Of a stretch of DNA of 64,000 nucleotides, positions 60,165-64,000 are shown piece after piece. Position 1 is the stretch's first letter. Every line of letters starts with the position of its first letter. The position numbers and the translations under genes were made by a program. Origin of the DNA: an uncultured bacterium (GTDB taxonomy: Bacteria > Krumholzibacteriota > Krumholzibacteriia > Krumholzibacteriales > Krumholzibacteriaceae); the NCBI GenBank assembly GCA_963786935.1, contig CAWBAN010000001.1, positions 768,001 to 832,000 on the forward strand. The letters run 5' to 3'. Under the pieces are notes generated by a model. It searched no databases, was not told the DNA's origin, and saw nothing but the letters and a program-made list of their open reading frames with translations.

Positions 60165-60683
60165 TCAGTACGTCATGAGACGGTGAATCCTGCGGCCCTT
60201 GAGGTTGTCCCTGCCTCTGAGCGCGGAGAGCTCGATGAGGAACACGAGCTCTTCCACGATGCCCCCCTGGCGCTCGATGAGACGAGCGGCCGCGGCGGCC
60301 GTCCCTCCGGTCGCGAGCAAATCGTCGAGGATGAGGATCCGATCCCCCGCCCGTACTGCGTCGAGATGCATCTCGATCGCCGCTTCGCCGTACTCGAGCG
60401 AGTACTTCTCCCGGATCGTCCGCCACGGAAGCTTGCCCGGTTTGCGCAGGGGGATGAAGCCGATTCCCATCTGGTAGGCGAGAACCGACGCGAAGATAAA
60501 GCCGCGCGACTCGACCGCCGCGACCTTGTCGATCGTGAGGCTCCGGCAGTGCTCGTGCAGCTCGTCGCAGAGCGCCCTGAAAGCCCCCGGATCGAGCAGG
60601 GCGGGCGTGATGTCCCTGAAAAGGATGCCGTGCTGCGGAAAATCGGGGATTTCCCTGATGAATCTCTTCAGCGCTTCGCTCAT
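60165..60683 (-). CDS. apt: Adenine phosphoribosyltransferase
   Basis: IREIPDFPQHGILFRDITP, ESRGFI, RKPGKLP, LDDLLATGGT. Confidence 0.96.
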   Translation of the reverse strand: MSEALKRFIREIPDFPQHGILFRDITPALLDPGAFRALCDELHEHCRSLTIDKVAAVESRGFIFASVLAYQMGIGFIPLRKPGKLPWRTIREKYSLEYGEAAIEMHLDAVRAGDRILILDDLLATGGTAAAAARLIERQGGIVEELVFLIELSALRGRDNLKGRRIHRLMTY

Positions 60684-60685
60684 GG

Positions 60686-61555
60686 TCATTCCTTTCGATG
60701 TCCGTGTTTTCGCGAATCTTCTTCTCGATCGTCGGGCGGTTCCTTCGACACGTCGAGCAGAACGCGGAGCTTGCGGAGCGCCCGCATTTCGAGCTGACGC
60801 ACCCGTTCCCGGGAGACGTTGACCGCTTCGCCCGTCTCCGCGAGCGTGTGCGGCTCTCCGTCGTCGAAGCCGTACCTGATCCGCAGCACCAGCTTCTCCC
60901 GGTCCGAGAGCCGCTCCATGATCTCCGCGAAGTTCTCGTTTTCCATCTGCTGGAGAATGATTCGTTCCGGATTGGCGGCCTCCTCCGGCTCGATCGAGCG
61001 GGTGAGCTGCTCGTAGGCGTCGATGCTGCTCGCGAGGTCGAGCGCGCGGATGTTCTCGACGAGCTGCTCGAGCATGCGGTACCGCTTCAGCGAGATCTTG
61101 AGGCGTTTCGCCTTCTCCTCCCGCATCAGCCTTTCGAAGCCCGGCTCCTGCCCGAGGGCGACGTAGCGGGTCATGAGCTGGAAGATATGGATGGGGATGC
61201 GTATCGTCCGGGAGTAGGTCGAAATGGCGCGGACGATCGACTGCCGGATCCACCACGACGCGTACGTGCTGAACCTGAACCCCCGGTCCGGATCGTACTT
61301 CCCCACCGCCTTGATGAGGCCCAGATTGCCCTCCTCGACGAGGTCGAGGAACGGGACCCCGTAGGTCGAGAAGGTCCGCGCGATCGTGATGACGAGCCGG
61401 AGATTGGCGACGATGAGCTTCCTGCGCGCCTCCCCGTCCCCGCCTCTCGCCCGGCGGGCGAGATCGATCTCCTCATCCGGCGAAAGGAGGGGATACCGGT
61501 TGATCTCCCGCAGATAGTGTCGCTGCAGGGCGTCTTCGTCGCGCTTCGGGTCCAT
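60686..61555 (-). CDS. sigma70-family RNA polymerase sigma factor (RpoS-like, no region 1.1)
   Basis: YLREINRYPLL, ANLRLV, DLVEEGNLGLIKAV, RFSTYASWWIRQ, SRERVRQLE; surE-pcm context. Confidence 0.88.
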   Translation of the reverse strand: MDPKRDEDALQRHYLREINRYPLLSPDEEIDLARRARGGDGEARRKLIVANLRLVITIARTFSTYGVPFLDLVEEGNLGLIKAVGKYDPDRGFRFSTYASWWIRQSIVRAISTYSRTIRIPIHIFQLMTRYVALGQEPGFERLMREEKAKRLKISLKRYRMLEQLVENIRALDLASSIDAYEQLTRSIEPEEAANPERIILQQMENENFAEIMERLSDREKLVLRIRYGFDDGEPHTLAETGEAVNVSRERVRQLEMRALRKLRVLLDVSKEPPDDREEDSRKHGHRKE

Positions 61556-61642
61556 GCCCCATTATGGCCTCTGCGAGGCGCCGGAATCAAGCCAAAGGTG
61601 AGATGCGCGGGCGGGGTTTGTGAATGCGGCGCGGGTTGAAAA

Positions 61643-61720
61643 TGGTCGGGGCGAGTGGAGTTGAACCACCGACCTCCTGGTCCCGAACCAGGCGCGCTAA
61701 CCGGGCTGCGCTACGCCCCG
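61643..61720 (-). tRNA. tRNA-Pro(CGG)
   Basis: Reverse complement: acceptor CGGGGCG/CGCCCCG; anticodon arm CCTGG-TT CGG GA-CCAGG; CCA. Confidence 0.97.
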
Positions 61721-61800
61721 ACCTGACCCTAAGAATAACATTCGGAAAGCAATATCTCAAAGGAAATTCTTGCCCGTCCGGCGCGGCTCTCCCCCGCCGA

Positions 61801-62310
61801 TCAACCCCGTCCCCATGTGCCGAGGAAGATGTCGGCTCCGGTAATGACGCCGAGGCAGACGAGCGTCACGAGGGCGCCGGCGATAACGATGCCCCCGAGA
61901 ATCGCCGGGATCGAATGGCGCATCGGTATGCGGAACAGATAGGCGGCGATGCAGCCCGACCATGCGCCCGTCAGGGGGAGCGGCACGCCGACGAACAGCG
62001 AGAGCCCGATCGCTTCGAATTTCTCGATCGAAGCGCTCTTGCTCCGCGTCCGGTTGAAGGTCCAGGTCATGAAGCGGTTGATCCGCGGGTATTTCATGAG
62101 GCGCTCGGTGAAGCGCTCGAGGAAAAAGAGAAAGGGGATCACGGGCACGAAATTCCCGATGATCGACCACAGGAGGGCCTCCTGCCATTTCATGTGCAGG
62201 ACGAACATCGCGTAGGGCATGGAGCCCCTGAGCTCCCCGAGGGGAATCATGGCGACGAGAAAGGTCCAGAGCCGGTGCGACAGCGCCGTCGATAAAAGCA
62301 GGAAATCCAC
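61801..62310 (-). CDS. COG2426 small multi-drug-export-like membrane protein
   Basis: AMIPLGELRGSMP, LFVGVPLPLTGAWSG. Confidence 0.85.
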   Translation of the reverse strand: MDFLLLSTALSHRLWTFLVAMIPLGELRGSMPYAMFVLHMKWQEALLWSIIGNFVPVIPFLFFLERFTERLMKYPRINRFMTWTFNRTRSKSASIEKFEAIGLSLFVGVPLPLTGAWSGCIAAYLFRIPMRHSIPAILGGIVIAGALVTLVCLGVITGADIFLGTWGRG

Positions 62311-62952
62311 CTACCGCTCTCCTTTCAGCAACGGAACGAATGAGCATCGGGCGAGGCGCTGTTCCGTGACGGCGCTCCCCCGCTTCGTGAAGAGGACGAT
62401 GCACTCGGCGCTCTCGCTGATCGGCGCGATGAGCCTGCCGCCGTCGGCGAGCTGCTCGAGGAGCGCGTCGGGGCGCTCCGCCATGGCCGCGGATACGATG
62501 ATGCGGTCGAACGGGGCATAGCTCGTCCAGCCGAGCGAGCCGTCTCCGACCTTGACGCGGATGCTGCCCGTCCGGATCCCCGCCAGCACCCGCTCCGCCT
62601 GTTTGAGGAGGGGCGCGATCCGCTCGATCGAGAACACGTCGTGGGCGAGAAGCGAGAGAATGGCCGTTTGGTATCCCGAGCCCGTCCCGATCTCGAGCAC
62701 GCGGTTCAGCCGCTGCACCTCGAGGGACTGCACCATGAACGCGATCGTGTACGGCTGGGAAATGGTCTGGTCGTAGCCGATGGGGAACGAGCAGTCGTCG
62801 TATGCCCTGCCGCCGAGCGCGGCGTCGACGAAGCGGTGGCGCGGCACGGCGAGGAACGCCGCGAGCAGGCGATCGTCGGCGATCCCTCGCGCGCGGAGCT
62901 GCTCGTTCACCATCCGCCGGCGCGCTATCGCGTAGTGATTTCCGGATTCCAT
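62311..62952 (-). CDS. pcm: Protein-L-isoaspartate O-methyltransferase
   Basis: VPRHRFV, QTISQPY, VLEIGTGSGYQTA, APFDRI. Confidence 0.95.
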   Translation of the reverse strand: MESGNHYAIARRRMVNEQLRARGIADDRLLAAFLAVPRHRFVDAALGGRAYDDCSFPIGYDQTISQPYTIAFMVQSLEVQRLNRVLEIGTGSGYQTAILSLLAHDVFSIERIAPLLKQAERVLAGIRTGSIRVKVGDGSLGWTSYAPFDRIIVSAAMAERPDALLEQLADGGRLIAPISESAECIVLFTKRGSAVTEQRLARCSFVPLLKGER

Positions 62953-63704
62953 GCGAGCCCGCGCTCCTCCAGCTCGACGATGCCTTCACGGTCGGTGAAA
63001 TCGAGCCTGAGCGGGGTGAGGGAAACGTAGCCCTCGCTCACGGCCGCGAAATCGGTGTTCTCTCCGGTGTTCCAGCCGGGTTCCGCCCCGCCGATCCAGA
63101 AGTAGTCCTTTCCCCGGGGATCCGTTTTCCTGATGATGATGTCGTTGTAGACGCGCGAGCCGAGCCTCGTCACCTTGATTCCCTTCACGGCGCCGATCGG
63201 TATCGCGGGGACGTTCACGTTCCAGAGCCGCGCCCGGTCCCCCCTCATGGCGAGGAGCGCGGGGGCGAGCTGGCGCGCCGCGCTCGCCGCGCCGTCGAAG
63301 GAGGCGCCTCCCCAGGCCGTCAGCGACACCGCCATCGAGTCGATGCCGAGGATGCATCCCTCGATCGCGGCGGCCACCGTGCCGGAATAGGTGACGTCCT
63401 CGCCCATGTTGGGCCCGTGATTGATTCCCGAAACGACGAGATCGGGCTTTCGCCCGAGGATGCCGTGCACGGCCAGAATGACGCAATCCGAGGGGGTTCC
63501 CGATACGGTGAATTTCGAGGGGGAATATTCCTTGATGCGGAGCGGCTTGTCGAGCGTGATGGCGTGGCTCGACGCGCTCTGCTCGAGCTCGGGGGCCACG
63601 ATGACGACGCGGCCGACGCGATCGAGCGCGCGCGCGAGCGCCTCGAGGCCCTCGGCGGCGATGCCGTCGTCGTTGGTGATGAGGATCGTTGTCTCGTCGC
63701 TCAT
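62925..63704 (-). CDS. surE: 5'/3'-nucleotidase SurE
   Basis: ILITNDDG, GTPSDCV, VSGINHGPN, YSGTVAAA. Confidence 0.96.
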   Translation of the reverse strand: MSDETTILITNDDGIAAEGLEALARALDRVGRVVIVAPELEQSASSHAITLDKPLRIKEYSPSKFTVSGTPSDCVILAVHGILGRKPDLVVSGINHGPNMGEDVTYSGTVAAAIEGCILGIDSMAVSLTAWGGASFDGAASAARQLAPALLAMRGDRARLWNVNVPAIPIGAVKGIKVTRLGSRVYNDIIIRKTDPRGKDYFWIGGAEPGWNTGENTDFAAVSEGYVSLTPLRLDFTDREGIVELEERGLAWNPEITTR

Positions 63705-63747
63705 GGATGGCTCCCGTGAATTCCCGCGACCCGTGAAAGACGGCATG

Positions 63748-63999
63748 TTACCAGAAAAGGCTTCTGATGACCAGCCGAATGAATCGCATGGTGTCCCGCA
63801 GCGGATGGATCGCGCTCTTTTCGCTCCCGTAGATCGTCTTGACGGGAATCGACGTGACCCGGCCGCCGGCGTGACAGGCCTTGATGATCATCTCGCTTTC
63901 GATCTCGTATCGCGACGTGACGAGACGGAGCTCCTTGAGAAGCGACGCGCGGGCGAGCCGGTAGCCGTTCTGGCTGTCGGGGACGCGCTGACCGGCCCG
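63748..63999 (-). CDS. GT2 glycosyltransferase, C-terminal fragment (runs off the window)
   Basis: Translated manually: VPDSQNGYRL...RYEIESEMIIKA...SIPVKTIY...IHPLRDTMRF. Confidence 0.8.
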   Translation of the reverse strand, partial: RAGQRVPDSQNGYRLARASLLKELRLVTSRYEIESEMIIKACHAGGRVTSIPVKTIYGSEKSAIHPLRDTMRFIRLVIRSLFW

Positions 64000-64000
64000 A

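Overview
High-GC bacterial chromosomal segment. It is mostly + strand, with a - strand block after about 54.9 kb. The lineage is probably a diderm FCB-superphylum candidate such as Krumholzibacteriota/Latescibacterota; this is inferred from a T9SS-like C-terminal domain, a C-terminal TxSWGAIKxLY motif and LptE, and is not verified. 0-12 kb is a surface-glycan tailoring region: MBOAT-SGNH fusion, carrier protein, proline-type adenylation enzyme, prolyl-carrier dehydrogenase, carbamoyltransferase with SxtJ/SxtK-like partners, tRNA-Leu, GT2, flippase-like protein, acyl- and methyltransferases, and an FrhB-like Fe-S protein. 12-35 kb is mainly housekeeping: cca, dnaK, thrS-infC-rpmI-rplT-pheST, zapB/zapA, 6S RNA, rny, ymdB, folD, xseAB, ispA, dxs, nadK, recN. 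37-50 kb is a diguanylate cyclase plus Wza/Wzc-type polysaccharide export locus with a two-component sigma54 system. Then come lptE-holA-trxA-tusA-like-leuS, a PP2C phosphatase, an unannotated 720-bp intergenic region holding a micro-ORF and a rod-shaped candidate ncRNA, and the - strand surE-pcm-rpoS-like-apt block. Five tRNAs were found; no CRISPR, rRNA or mobile element was seen. dxs and leuS each carry a 1-nt frameshift in a G-run, most likely sequencing errors. The best novelty candidates are (1) a proline-derived pyrrole/pyrroline acylation module wired to an MBOAT-SGNH transferase and (2) the structured RNA at 59.83-59.97 kb. All calls are by eye, with no database searches run.
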